Assembly: GCA_947450225.1 (NCBI GenBank)
Contig: CANFUO010000003.1
Location: 1,633-65,632, forward strand
Length of the DNA: 64,000 nt
Reading direction: 5' to 3'
Source: Burkholderiaceae bacterium
GTDB taxonomy: Bacteria; Pseudomonadota; Gammaproteobacteria; Burkholderiales; Burkholderiaceae
Shown: in pieces, positions 54,901 through 64,000 of the stretch
How positions within the stretch are numbered: the first letter of the stretch is position 1
Layout of the letters: every line of letters starts with the position of its first letter
Translations under genes and position numbers: made by a program
Notes under the pieces: generated by a model
Databases searched by the model: none
What the model saw: the letters and a program-made list of their open reading frames with translations, nothing else
What the model was told of the DNA's origin: nothing

Positions 54901-55074
54901 ATTTTCTGGACTAGCGCCCGGCAAACTTGCGGATACTTGGATTACTGGTGAGTTAAAGCTCGGCAGAGCAGCAACAGGGATTTTAGTATAGGCAATGGTA
55001 CCTGCCACTACAATAGCTAAAGATAGCAGAACTGTCATCACAGGGCGTCTAATACATAATTCAGAGATCGTCAT
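51967..55074 (-). CDS. RND efflux transporter permease (AcrB/MdtB-like)
   Basis: 1035 aa. N-terminus ISELCIRRPVMT, 12-TM architecture with two large periplasmic loops. Confidence 0.93.
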   Translation of the reverse strand: MTISELCIRRPVMTVLLSLAIVVAGTIAYTKIPVAALPSFNSPVIQVSASLPGASPENMASSVALPLEKEFSTIDGINVISSTNFLGTTSVTLEFSNEKDIDKAAVDVQAALLRAQRRLPIEMTIPPSYRKVNPADAPVLYLTMTSPSLSLSTINDYAENLLSPNLSTIEGVAQVVIFGAKRYAVRVRALPAKLALNNLTLDDISTAVNKANSNSPVGLLEGPRQSLTIYANSQMIKAQDYSDLIIAQRNGFPIRLGDVAEVSESFENVRTLGRYGNERSITLAIQKQPNANTVKVVDGVKAMLPKFQAQLPASISINQLNDRSKSIKEAIHDVNLTLLLTIFLVVLVIFLFLKHVSATVIPALSLPISLIGAFFLMYWMGYSLDNISLLGITLAVGLVVDDSIVVLENIIRYLEEGMSPLQAALKGSKEVGFTIISISISLVAVFIPIFFMPGPVGLLFREFAVVVSLSILVSAVVSLTVVPMLCSRFLPDMSNHSNHPKEYWITKKFDILFNAVYQAYSKSLLLALQHKRIILGVAFATFGITIALFIYVPKGFFPEEDIGQILITTEASEDISFEAMLALQDRAADMINQNPNVENFVSVLGGGASTGINSGRIFLNLKPKGERLKMSKLQEELRKEFRKIPGLVVFMRPIQNLQLGGKSSKSRYQYILQSVGLEGINEWSEKVQAEMKKDPIFRDVTSDSQLKGLSLKVDIDREKAASAGVTVQDIRTALYSAYGEKQISTIYTPVNTYQVILEVTPQDKQFESDLNSIYVRGRSVDKLIPLSSLATYKRFIGPTSVNHQGQIPAVTISFNLAPDVPLGNATKKLENITKDIKLPGSILTSYGGDAAVFKDNQGGQAILLIAALGVIYVLLGVLYESYIHPLTILAGLPSAAIGALLFLQALGMELTIIATIGILLLIGIVKKNAILMIDFALDAKRTRNLSAKEAIHEACLVRFRPILMTTLAAMMGALPIALGLGAGAELRQPLGIAVVGGLVFSQVITLYITPVIYIYLDKYAGNGPMQISEETLKGV

Positions 55075-55114
55075 TGAGGATTCCTTATGGAGTAGGTTTT
55101 AGGACCCATTAAGA

Positions 55115-56275
55115 TTATTTTTTAGAATCTTCTTCAGTTACTTTTCTGGGAGAGCCCTCGGTTACTTTGAGGCCAGGCCGAATATTTTGTTTACCCTCTA
55201 CAACCACGCGATCCCCAGCTTTTAGGCCCGTAACGACTGCGCTTCCATTGCCTTGGTTAATTACCTTGACTTTGTTCATGACAGTTTTATTGTCAGCATC
55301 TACCGTGTAAATCAAGTCACCAAGTGAGTTCGAAATGATGGATTGACTAGGGACGACAAGCGCGTCTTTCATGATTTGAGTTTGTAAATTAATATGAACA
55401 AATCTGCCAGGGGCGAGACTGTAATCTGAGTTATCCAGTGTCGCTTTCACGCGCACAGATCCTAAGACAGTATCAATTTGATTATCAACCACATACACTT
55501 TTCCTTGCTTGGTGATGCCCCCACCAATATCTACCGTCACGATTAAACCCTCAGGAGATTTTTGTAATTTCATGAGTCCAGCCATGTGCACCTCTGGAAC
55601 TGTAAACTGCACATTAATGGGGTTGAGTTGGCTAATCGTGACCATCGCACCTTGAGAGGTGGTTGCTGTGATTGATGACGTTGTAGAGACCACATTGCTT
55701 GGCGAAACGAGGGAGCCAGGAAATACGTTAATGACACCAGCCCGACCTGAAATAGGAGAGCGAATATAGTCATAACTTAAAGTTACCTGTGAAGCATTTG
55801 CTGCAGCTCTTGCGGAATTAGCATTTGCCATTGCTGTATCGACACTTGCTTGGGAGATGAAGTTTTGTTTTGCAAGCTCCAGTGCGCGGTTATATTGACG
55901 TTCGGCATCGTCAGCGAGCGATTTAAATTTTTCATAATTCGCTTTATCGGCGCGGTCATCTAAAGTAAAAAGCAGATCACCCGCCTTAACCTCCTGACCA
56001 TCTTTGATATGTATTTTACTGATGACATTAGCTACTTGAGGGCGGATATCTACAATGTTGTTTGCAACAACGTTTCCAGAGGTTTCGATGATAACGGGAA
56101 AATCTTTTTGCACTACAGTGGTCGTTACCACAGATTGCACTATCTCCGGAGGTTTCTTTTTAGTTGTTGTTAGTGATAAATAAAGGACATATCCCAACAA
56201 GATGATCGCGACCAATCCTAAGATATAAATATATTTTTTATTGAAATTAAAACGTTTGTTTGCTGGTGTATTCAT
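55115..56275 (-). CDS. RND efflux periplasmic adaptor (membrane fusion protein)
   Basis: 386 aa with an N-terminal TM anchor, lipoyl/hairpin/beta-barrel pattern (DIRPQV.......I.DGQEVKAGDLLF.LD ... I.SPISGR.G). Confidence 0.9.
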   Translation of the reverse strand: MNTPANKRFNFNKKYIYILGLVAIILLGYVLYLSLTTTKKKPPEIVQSVVTTTVVQKDFPVIIETSGNVVANNIVDIRPQVANVISKIHIKDGQEVKAGDLLFTLDDRADKANYEKFKSLADDAERQYNRALELAKQNFISQASVDTAMANANSARAAANASQVTLSYDYIRSPISGRAGVINVFPGSLVSPSNVVSTTSSITATTSQGAMVTISQLNPINVQFTVPEVHMAGLMKLQKSPEGLIVTVDIGGGITKQGKVYVVDNQIDTVLGSVRVKATLDNSDYSLAPGRFVHINLQTQIMKDALVVPSQSIISNSLGDLIYTVDADNKTVMNKVKVINQGNGSAVVTGLKAGDRVVVEGKQNIRPGLKVTEGSPRKVTEEDSKK

Positions 56276-56435
56276 GAATCTCCAATAATTCGCTTCTTTA
56301 TAGTAGTTTAATTATTAAAAGGACTAAATTCCTCAAAAGCACTTAAGGCTTCAAAACGATCAACTTGGCATTTTCTCACAAGTTTTTTGGAATTCATGGA
56401 AAAAATAGTAATCTTGTGATTAAAAAACAAAAATA

Positions 56436-56888
56436 CTATAAATCGGCAGTTTCTTGTGCACCGCGATTGGCGAGTTCATCTGCCAAATCATTGCCTGGGT
56501 CACCGGAGTGCCCCTTTACCCAATGCCAATGAATATCATGCGCACCCAGCAATTCGTCCAATTTTTGCCATAAATCGACATTTTTAACTGGTGCCTTAGA
56601 GGCTGTTTTCCAGTTAGCTTTTTTCCAGTTGGATAGCCATTCATTTACCCCACGGTTGACATATTGAGAATCTGTAAAAAGATCGATAACACAGGGCGAT
56701 TTTAGGGCCATGATAGCCTCAATTACAGCGGTCATTTCCATGCGATTATTGGTCGTATTTTTTTCACCGCCACAAAGGTGTTTCTCTTTACCACCCGAGC
56801 GAAGCACAGCACCCCAACCGCCTAATCCGGGATTACCCTTGCAAGCACCATCGGTGTAAATAGTTACATGCGGCTTACTTGTCGTCAT
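56436..56888 (-). CDS. rnhA: Ribonuclease HI
   Basis: 150 aa. Segments [35 protein letters not shown] and WVKGHSG..GN..AD.LA. Confidence 0.96.
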   Translation of the reverse strand: MTTSKPHVTIYTDGACKGNPGLGGWGAVLRSGGKEKHLCGGEKNTTNNRMEMTAVIEAIMALKSPCVIDLFTDSQYVNRGVNEWLSNWKKANWKTASKAPVKNVDLWQKLDELLGAHDIHWHWVKGHSGDPGNDLADELANRGAQETADL

Positions 56889-57672
56889 AATTCGATTGTG
56901 AGTGAGTTGCTGGCTTTAATCCCTTTGCCAGAATTTTTCTATGGGGCTTGATAAGTCCTACCATTTTACTTCCTGGAATGCGCTTGATTGCACTGAGAAT
57001 AAAAACAGAGCCCAGAAATGGCCACCAGCGGTCGCCAACTTTATCAAGAATTGTTGAGCCTTGTAAGCGCATACTTTTCTTCATTGGGATACCGTAACAG
57101 CCGAACCGACCTCGATCGATAGAATAGTTCAGTAGTTTTAACCAATCTTTAATCCGTCGGTGCCCAATAAATTGCCCCTCTGTAGGTAAGAACGGTTGAT
57201 TAATTAATCTCCCCAAGTATTGCCTAAAACCCCAGAGACTAAAAGGATTGAATCCTGAAATGACGATTCTACCCTCCGGGCGCAAAATACGATGTATTTC
57301 ACGTAAAGCTTCATGAGGATTTTGCATGAACTCTAGAACATGAGGAAGGGCAATCAAATCGAAACTCTCATTTGCAAAGGGTAAGTCATAGATAGAGCCT
57401 TGGCAAATAATATGAACATGGGGATCTACGTGTTCATGATGAAAAGGTTGAGAAGGTAACAACATTTGCCAACGATGGGTAATCCGATTATCTATTAAGC
57501 AGGGGAGTTGAGGAAGGCCAATTTGAAGGGCTTCAAACCCAAAGGCATCTTCAACGGATTGACTATATTGAATAGACTCCCAGGCTAGTACATACTGACC
57601 TGGAGAGGTCTTTAACCATTGATCCCATTCGTTTTGAGAATAGTTGGCATTTTCTATGGCACTTGGTATCAT
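56875..57672 (-). CDS. Class I SAM-dependent methyltransferase
   Basis: 265 aa. Methyltransferase-type segment [14 protein letters not shown]......[21 protein letters not shown]. Overlaps rnhA by 14 nt and is divergent from gloB. Confidence 0.8.
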   Translation of the reverse strand: MIPSAIENANYSQNEWDQWLKTSPGQYVLAWESIQYSQSVEDAFGFEALQIGLPQLPCLIDNRITHRWQMLLPSQPFHHEHVDPHVHIICQGSIYDLPFANESFDLIALPHVLEFMQNPHEALREIHRILRPEGRIVISGFNPFSLWGFRQYLGRLINQPFLPTEGQFIGHRRIKDWLKLLNYSIDRGRFGCYGIPMKKSMRLQGSTILDKVGDRWWPFLGSVFILSAIKRIPGSKMVGLIKPHRKILAKGLKPATHSQSNYDDK

Positions 57673-57713
57673 CTTGAATAATGAGTGAAATCTATAGTTG
57701 ATAAGAAATTCTA

Positions 57714-58529
57714 TTGAAAGATAATTTGGAAAATACTCCCCTGCAGTTTAAACAAATTCCAGCGTTTACAGACAATTACTTATGGGCAATCGTACAAAAT
57801 CATCAAGCATGGGTCGTTGATCCTGGAGATGCCACCCCTTTCATCGACTTATTTGAGCGAGAAAACATCGCTTTAAAAGGGATTCTGATTACGCACCACC
57901 ATAATGACCACATTGGTGGGGTGGAGAAATTATTGGCTTGGGCAAAGTCATTCGTCACTTTTGCTGGACCCCTGCACCCTTCGATGCCTCGATTAACTAG
58001 GGTGCTACAAGACCTCGATGAAATAGAGCTATTCCCTCAAGTGATTGCCCGGGTCATGGCCGTTCCTGGTCATACTTTAAGTCATCTTGCATATTACATG
58101 CCTCAGTCTGAATTACTATCAGTGCCTAGGTTGTATTGTGGGGATACATTGTTTGCCACTGGGTGTGGACGGTTATCTGAGGGCACGCCTACACAAATGC
58201 AAAAATCTTTAGATAGATTCGCGCAATTGCCAGCTGAAACATTGGTATGTTGTGCGCATGAGTACACATTGGCCAATATAAAATTTGCATTACATGTTGA
58301 CGGTAATAATTCAGATTTATTAGCTTGGTCTTTGCAGGCTCAAGCATTAAGAGATCAGCAACTACCGACAGTTCCCACTACGATTGGTCTAGAGAAAACA
58401 GTCAACCCTTTCATGCGGTCTGATAGCCCAAGCATTATTGCCACCGCACAAGCGCACTCCGAGTTATCTTTGCAAAATAAAGAAGATGTGTTGGCAGTCA
58501 TTAGAAAGATGAAAGATCAATTTAAATGA
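57714..58529 (+). CDS. gloB: Hydroxyacylglutathione hydrolase (glyoxalase II)
   Basis: 271 aa, TTG start. Metallo-beta-lactamase motif THHHNDHIGG, N-terminus PAFTDNYLW and C-terminus NPFMR. Confidence 0.92.
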   Translation: MKDNLENTPLQFKQIPAFTDNYLWAIVQNHQAWVVDPGDATPFIDLFERENIALKGILITHHHNDHIGGVEKLLAWAKSFVTFAGPLHPSMPRLTRVLQDLDEIELFPQVIARVMAVPGHTLSHLAYYMPQSELLSVPRLYCGDTLFATGCGRLSEGTPTQMQKSLDRFAQLPAETLVCCAHEYTLANIKFALHVDGNNSDLLAWSLQAQALRDQQLPTVPTTIGLEKTVNPFMRSDSPSIIATAQAHSELSLQNKEDVLAVIRKMKDQFK

Positions 58530-59971
58530 TAAGAACCACCTTTGCTATTTTACTTTTCACACTCTTTGTTTCAGGATGTGCAACAAATAACACTTGGACA
58601 AATGAACCAATTACTAAAGTTGATGAAAAAACAAAGACGATAAAAGAAGTGAAAGATGGGAAAGACATTAAAGAGGCGAAAGTGCAAGACGACTTATGGG
58701 TGCGAATTCGTGGGGGCTTTGATATCCCTGACCCTGACTTAGAGATTATTAATCGACATGTACGCCAATTAAAAGCAAATCCTGCCTATGTTGATCGTTT
58801 ACTTGAGCGATCATCCTCTTATCTTTTTTATATTATTGAGGAAGTCGAGTCAAGGGATATGCCAAGTGAGTTGGCGTTATTGCCTTTTGTGGAAAGTGCT
58901 TTTAATCCTAAAGCCGTCTCTCCAGTAAAAGCTGCAGGTATGTGGCAATTTATGCCTGCTACCGGTAAATTCTTTAAGTTAGACCAAAATATTTTTCGTG
59001 ATGAACGTGGCGATATTATTAAGTCAACGCGTGCGGCACTAGACTACTTACAAAAACTCTATGATATGTTTGGTGATTGGCAATTGGCTTTAGCTGCCTA
59101 TAACTGGGGTGAAGGTTCTGTTGGTCGCGCTATTGCAAGAAACAAAGCGGTAAAGCTCAATACAGATTATTTTAGTTTGTCAATGCCCAATGAAACCAAA
59201 AATTACGTACCCAAATTATTGGCATACAAACGCATTATTGACGAACCTGAAAAATACGGATTTAAATTACCGAAGGTTGCAAATCACCCCTATTTTGTAT
59301 CTATTCCGGTTACCCAGGACATTGACGTTGATAAAGTGATTGAATTATCTGAAATCACGCAAGAACAATTTTTAGCGCTTAATCCTTCCTTTAATCGCCC
59401 CGTTATTTTGAGGGGCTTTAATCAAGAAATATTATTGCCCTATGGTAAAGCGGAAATTTTCCAGAAAAATTTACAAACGAATCAGTCTAGATTAACCAAT
59501 TGGACAGTAGTGAAGGTTGATAGAACGGACACTGTTGACAATGTGGCGACTAATTTAAATACAGATGCTGAGCAGATTCGGGATGTTAATAAAATCCCTA
59601 AGGGTATGAAAATTCGGGCAGGATCGACAATTTTGATTCCTAAAAATGACGCGCATGCACAGAGTGTTGCGATAGAGCTTGCACAAAATCCAGTCTTGAA
59701 TTTAGAGCGTGAATTTGTGCCAGTGCCAGTTGTTATGAGATGTAAAGGCAATAAGTGTGTTGCAGTTCCTAGTAATCTTGCGAACTTCAATTCTAAAGAG
59801 ACAAATAATGCGAAAGTCGTCACCGCAGCTAACGAGTCTAAGTCAAATGTCAGTAAAGATACAAATCAGAAATCTACTAGCAAGTCTTCAAATTCGACAA
59901 CATCAAACAGTAAAAAAACTACGCCACCATCTAAAACCAAGTCATCAAATACCAATAATTCGAATAAATAA
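58526..59971 (+). CDS. mltD: Lytic murein transglycosylase D-like lipoprotein with LysM domains
   Basis: 481 aa. Lipobox LFVSGC. SLT catalytic region VESAFNPKAVSPVKAAGMWQFMPATG. LysM-like segments. Ser/Thr/Asn/Lys-rich low-complexity tail. Confidence 0.88.
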   Translation: MIRTTFAILLFTLFVSGCATNNTWTNEPITKVDEKTKTIKEVKDGKDIKEAKVQDDLWVRIRGGFDIPDPDLEIINRHVRQLKANPAYVDRLLERSSSYLFYIIEEVESRDMPSELALLPFVESAFNPKAVSPVKAAGMWQFMPATGKFFKLDQNIFRDERGDIIKSTRAALDYLQKLYDMFGDWQLALAAYNWGEGSVGRAIARNKAVKLNTDYFSLSMPNETKNYVPKLLAYKRIIDEPEKYGFKLPKVANHPYFVSIPVTQDIDVDKVIELSEITQEQFLALNPSFNRPVILRGFNQEILLPYGKAEIFQKNLQTNQSRLTNWTVVKVDRTDTVDNVATNLNTDAEQIRDVNKIPKGMKIRAGSTILIPKNDAHAQSVAIELAQNPVLNLEREFVPVPVVMRCKGNKCVAVPSNLANFNSKETNNAKVVTAANESKSNVSKDTNQKSTSKSSNSTTSNSKKTTPPSKTKSSNTNNSNK

Positions 59972-59985
59972 GCGAAGGAGTTTTT

Positions 59986-61860
59986 ATGGGAAAGTATCTT
60001 GATACCCACTATCAATCCATACATGAGCCAGAGGTGTTTTGGGCAGAAGAGGCCAAAAGGATTCATTGGGAGACACCATTTTCTCAGGTCTTAGATTATT
60101 CTTCACCACCATTTGCTAAGTGGTTTGTAGGTGGTAAGACGAGCATTTGTTATAACGCATTGGACCGTCATTTAATTGAACGAGCCAACCAAACTGCGCT
60201 GATTGCCGTTTCTGTAGAGACAAATACGGAGCAAACATATACCTATCAAGAGTTGTATACAGAAGTCAATCGTATGGCAGCTATATTGAAGTCTTATGGC
60301 GTAAGTAAGGGAGACCGGGTATTGATCTATATGCCAATGGTCGCGCAAGCCTGCTTTGCGATGTTGGCAGTTTTGCGTTTAGGAGCTATACATTCCGTTG
60401 TGTTTGGTGGCTTTGCCTCCCATAGCTTGGCGGCCCGCATTGAAGATGCGCAACCCAAAATGATTATTACCGCTGAAGCCGGTATGCGCGGTGGTAAGGT
60501 TGTTCCTTACAAGCCTTTACTTGACGAAGCAATTGAACTATCCGCCTATAAGCCAGAGCATGTATTAATGGTGTCGAGGGGCTTATGTGCATTTGAAACC
60601 ACCCCAAATCGTGACATTGATTACGCTTCAGAACGCAATAAGCACTTGGATAGTTTGGTACCTTGTGTGTGGTTAGATGCAACGGACCCATCGTATATTT
60701 TGTATACCTCAGGCACAACCGGAAAACCAAAGGGCGTACAAAGAGATACTGGTGGATATGCGGTTGCCTTGGCCACAAGTATGGATTATATTTTTTGTGC
60801 AAAACCTGGACAAACGATGTTTTGTACATCTGACATTGGATGGGTTGTAGGTCATGGGTACATTATTTATGGGCCCTTGATTCATGGAATGGCAACAATT
60901 ATGTTTGAAGGAACTCCTTTAAAGCCAGATGCTGGAATTTGGTGGAGTTTGGTAGAAAAATATAAAGTATCAACGATGTTTTCCTCGCCAACGGCAATTC
61001 GGGTATTAAAAAAACAAGATCCTCAATTTATCGCCCAAAGGGATTTATCTTCCCTAGAGGCATTCTTTTTAGCTGGGGAGCCTCTCGATGAGCCAACTGC
61101 TCAGTGGATATCGAGCGCTATTCAAAAGCCAATTATTGATAACTATTGGCAAACAGAAACGGGGTGGCCCATATTAGCTTTGCAGCGTGGGATTGAGGTT
61201 ATGCCGAATAAATTCGGGTCTCCAGGAGTGCCAGTTTTTGGCTACAACATGAAACTACTTGATGATGTATCAGGTAAAGAGTTGCCTGCTCATGCAAAAG
61301 GACTTTTGGCGATTGAGGGGCCATTACCTCCAGGTTGTATGCAAACAGTCTGGGGTGATGACAAAAGGTTTGTCTCAACCTACTGGCAAGGATTTGAAGG
61401 TCGTCTTGTTTATTCAACATTTGACTGGGGTATTAAAGATGATGATGGTTATTTCTTTATTTTAGGGAGAACAGACGATGTCATTAATACGGCGGGGCAT
61501 CGACTTGGCACTCGGGAAATTGAAGAAAGTATTTCTAGCCATAATAATGTTGCAGAAGTTGCTGTGGTAGGGATTGCTGATGAATTAAAAGGTCAAGTTG
61601 CTATTGCGTTTGCGATACCTAAAAATAATGAAAATATTGCCAACTTAGAAAAAGAGTTAATGAGAATTGTTGATCAACAATTAGGCCCCGTTGCTAGACC
61701 ATCACGTATTTATATTGTCGAAGCTTTACCAAAAACAAGATCAGGAAAGATTGTGAGAAGGGCGCTGCAGGCAATTGCAGAGCACCGAGATCCAGGTGAT
61801 ATCAGTACGATGGAAGACAAAAACGTCTTGATTCAAATACAAAATGTCATTTCTCAATAA
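59986..61860 (+). CDS. prpE: Propionate--CoA ligase
   Basis: 624 aa, colinear with E. coli PrpE as I recall it (YQSI.EPE.FWAE.A.RI.W.TPF, YTSGTTGKPKGVQRDTGGYAVALATSMD, LGRTDDVIN.AGHRLGTREIEESISSH). AAGGAG Shine-Dalgarno. Confidence 0.9.
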   Translation: MGKYLDTHYQSIHEPEVFWAEEAKRIHWETPFSQVLDYSSPPFAKWFVGGKTSICYNALDRHLIERANQTALIAVSVETNTEQTYTYQELYTEVNRMAAILKSYGVSKGDRVLIYMPMVAQACFAMLAVLRLGAIHSVVFGGFASHSLAARIEDAQPKMIITAEAGMRGGKVVPYKPLLDEAIELSAYKPEHVLMVSRGLCAFETTPNRDIDYASERNKHLDSLVPCVWLDATDPSYILYTSGTTGKPKGVQRDTGGYAVALATSMDYIFCAKPGQTMFCTSDIGWVVGHGYIIYGPLIHGMATIMFEGTPLKPDAGIWWSLVEKYKVSTMFSSPTAIRVLKKQDPQFIAQRDLSSLEAFFLAGEPLDEPTAQWISSAIQKPIIDNYWQTETGWPILALQRGIEVMPNKFGSPGVPVFGYNMKLLDDVSGKELPAHAKGLLAIEGPLPPGCMQTVWGDDKRFVSTYWQGFEGRLVYSTFDWGIKDDDGYFFILGRTDDVINTAGHRLGTREIEESISSHNNVAEVAVVGIADELKGQVAIAFAIPKNNENIANLEKELMRIVDQQLGPVARPSRIYIVEALPKTRSGKIVRRALQAIAEHRDPGDISTMEDKNVLIQIQNVISQ

Positions 61861-61907
61861 GATAAAAGTACCCATAGATTTGAGTTTTAGGGATTATTTA
61901 TTTTGCT

Positions 61908-61916
61908 TGGTATAAT
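61908..61916 (+). promoter_or_regulatory. Candidate extended -10 promoter element upstream of carA
   Basis: TGGTATAAT (TG-n-TATAAT) about 112 nt upstream of the carA ATG. No good -35 hexamer. Confidence 0.35.
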
Positions 61917-62027
61917 AAATATGTTTTGTAACTTCCTACATATCCCTAGCGCTTAGAAAAATTTCCTCCCGTACAACTCACCTCCGGGATACGTCTTCGG
62001 GGAAGTAGATCTTAGGGCAGCAGGGTA

Positions 62028-63224
62028 ATGGAGAATGATTTGCTGCCACTATCGAAAAATAAACTTACTACTTTAACTTCCCAATTGCCACCAGCAGTGC
62101 TTGTATTGGCTGACGGTACCCACTTTATTGGAAAAGGTATTGGAATTTCTGGGATAACTGCTGGGGAGGTTGTATTCAATACCTCCATGACGGGTTATCA
62201 AGAAATTTTCACCGACCCCAGCTATACCCAACAATTAATTACCCTGACTTATCCTCATATCGGAAATGTGGGTATTAATGAGCAAGATAATGAATCGAGC
62301 AAAATATTTGCATCAGGAATCATTATTAAAGAGTTATCTCCACTTGCCTCTAATTTTCGAAGTCAAAAGAAACTAGAAGATTTTTTAGTTGAACAAGGTG
62401 TTGTTGGCATTAGTAGCATTGATACAAGGCATTTGACTACTCATCTGCGAGAGTGTGGCGCGCAAAGTGGTGCAATAGCATCGGGCGAGATGGGGCAATC
62501 GATTGAGTCTCTCATTGCACTCGCCACCGAACAAGTCAAAGTATTTCCTGGTATGTCTGGACTAGACTTAGCTAAAGTGGTGTCGACAACCAGTTCTTAT
62601 GAGTGGCAAGAGGGCGAATGGCATTTATCTGGCCCTACAGGTCAGACTGGTTTTAATCAGGTTAAAGCAACAAAGCACGTAGTTGCCTATGATTTTGGTG
62701 TCAAAAGAAATATTTTAAGGATGCTTGCTCAAAGAGGGTGTAGGGTTACTGTTGTTCCAGCCCAGACATCAGCGCAAGACGTATTAGCTATGAATCCAGA
62801 TGGGGTATTTTTATCCAATGGTCCTGGCGATCCGCAGCCTTGTACCTATGCAATTGAGGCTGCAAAGGTTTTTTTAGAAAAGAAAATCCCTTTATTTGGT
62901 ATTTGTTTAGGTCATCAGATTATGGGGATCGCTGCGGGTGCCAGTACTTTAAAGATGAAATTTGGGCATCATGGCGCGAATCATCCTGTAAAAGATTTAA
63001 AAACCAATAAGGTAGTGATTACCTCCCAAAACCATGGTTTTGCTGTAGATGCTAAAACTTTGCCGGCCAATGTTGAGCCTACGCATGTCTCTTTGTTTGA
63101 CGGATCATTGCAAGGAATGGCATGGCTTGATCGACCTGCATTTTGTTTTCAGGGGCATCCTGAAGCTTCTCCGGGGCCACAAGATGTGGGATATTTATTT
63201 GATCGCTTTATCCAGTTGATGTGA
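62028..63224 (+). CDS. carA: Carbamoyl-phosphate synthase small (glutaminase) subunit
   Basis: 398 aa. N-terminus [16 protein letters not shown] and GATase catalytic segment GICLGHQ ... HG.NHPV. Start is ambiguous: ATG at 62028, or TTG at 62040 with GGAG 6 nt upstream. Confidence 0.94.
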   Translation: MENDLLPLSKNKLTTLTSQLPPAVLVLADGTHFIGKGIGISGITAGEVVFNTSMTGYQEIFTDPSYTQQLITLTYPHIGNVGINEQDNESSKIFASGIIIKELSPLASNFRSQKKLEDFLVEQGVVGISSIDTRHLTTHLRECGAQSGAIASGEMGQSIESLIALATEQVKVFPGMSGLDLAKVVSTTSSYEWQEGEWHLSGPTGQTGFNQVKATKHVVAYDFGVKRNILRMLAQRGCRVTVVPAQTSAQDVLAMNPDGVFLSNGPGDPQPCTYAIEAAKVFLEKKIPLFGICLGHQIMGIAAGASTLKMKFGHHGANHPVKDLKTNKVVITSQNHGFAVDAKTLPANVEPTHVSLFDGSLQGMAWLDRPAFCFQGHPEASPGPQDVGYLFDRFIQLM

Positions 63225-63232
63225 GAGTTTAG

Positions 63233-64000
63233 ATGCCAAAGCGTAACGATATAGAAAGTATTTTGATTATTGGTGCTGGTCCAATTGTGATTGGTCAGGC
63301 TTGTGAATTTGACTATTCAGGTGCTCAAGCATGTAAAGCCCTGAGGGATGAAGGTTACAAAGTCATTTTAGTTAACAGTAATCCAGCTACCATCATGACA
63401 GACCCAGAGATGGCGGATGTTACATATATAGAGCCCATCACCTGGGAAGTTCTCGAAAGAATTATTGAAAAAGAACAGCCAGATGCCATTTTACCTACGA
63501 TGGGTGGACAAACTGCGTTGAACTGTGCCTTAGATTTATTCCGTAACGGCGTATTAGAAAAGTACAACTGCGAACTCATCGGCGCATCTCCTCAAGCGAT
63601 TGATAAAGCAGAAGATCGTCAAAAATTTAAAGAAGCCATGACGAAGATTGGTTTGGGGTCTGCTAAATCAGATGTTGCGCACTCTTGGGAGGAGGCACAA
63701 CAAGTTCAGTTGAGTATGGCAAAACAAACTGGTGGCAATGGGTATCCTGTGATAATTCGACCGTCTTTTACCATGGGTGGATCTGGTGGTGGAATAGCTT
63801 ATAACCGTCAAGAGTTTGAAGAGATATGTAAGCGTGGCCTAGATTTATCACCAACGCATGAATTATTGATTGAAGAATCTTTGCTTGGTTGGAAAGAGTA
63901 TGAAATGGAAGTTGTTCGGGATAAAAACGACAACTGCATCATTGTTTGTTCGATAGAAAACTTTGACCCAATGGGCGTTCATACGGGTGACTCAATTACA
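63233..64000 (+). CDS. carB: Carbamoyl-phosphate synthase large subunit (5' part, runs off window)
   Basis: My own translation from the ATG at 63233 gives [62 protein letters not shown]. The frame stays open to the window end (256 codons). Absent from the ORF track because it has no stop. Confidence 0.95.
   Translation, partial: MPKRNDIESILIIGAGPIVIGQACEFDYSGAQACKALRDEGYKVILVNSNPATIMTDPEMADVTYIEPITWEVLERIIEKEQPDAILPTMGGQTALNCALDLFRNGVLEKYNCELIGASPQAIDKAEDRQKFKEAMTKIGLGSAKSDVAHSWEEAQQVQLSMAKQTGGNGYPVIIRPSFTMGGSGGGIAYNRQEFEEICKRGLDLSPTHELLIEESLLGWKEYEMEVVRDKNDNCIIVCSIENFDPMGVHTGDSIT

Noticed and set aside
56308-56397. 29-codon minus-strand sORF (MNSKKLVRKCQVDRFEALSAFEEFSPFNN) in the rnhA-adaptor spacer.
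   Set aside because: No Shine-Dalgarno and no distinctive composition. The length is compatible with chance.

Overview
This window is a housekeeping-dominated chromosomal segment from a visibly AT-rich betaproteobacterium. The gene order is Burkholderiales-type and consistent with a Polynucleobacter-like genome, but I cannot verify the taxon without a search. Main blocks, in order: (1) an EamA transporter, a TupBC-like ABC pair and PCu(A)C. (2) ilvD, then a run of small metabolic genes including crcB, trhO, a pseudouridine synthase and uup. (3) An SDR and an orphan YbbP-like permease. (4) A minus-strand ECF sigma / DUF3619 / DUF3106 / RDD operon, divergent from ilvI-ilvH-ilvC-psd-pssA. (5) A leucine-rich leader with terminator, then leuA. 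(6) rpsO-pnp with structured leaders. (7) tpiA-secG-tRNA-Leu(GAG), followed by the complete nuoA-N operon with a coupled NUDIX gene and a DUF1178 gene. (8) mmsA. (9) A short block with weaker functional assignment: an SprT-like zincin, a tartrate dehydrogenase-like gene, an LLM oxidoreductase, an unknown membrane-anchored protein and a small secreted His/Tyr/Arg-rich protein. (10) A methyltransferase, dnaQ, an RND efflux pair, rnhA, a second methyltransferase, gloB, mltD, prpE and carA-carB (carB runs off the window end). I saw no rRNA, CRISPR array, transposase, integrase, phage block or recognisable defence system. Most of the window is ordinary core genome. The items most worth a second look are the uncharacterised ECF-sigma envelope module, the candidate leuA attenuator, the RND pair inserted between rnhA and dnaQ, and the unknown-function genes at 45.9-50.3 kb. 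All family assignments come from motif recognition and memory of homologues, not from database searches.
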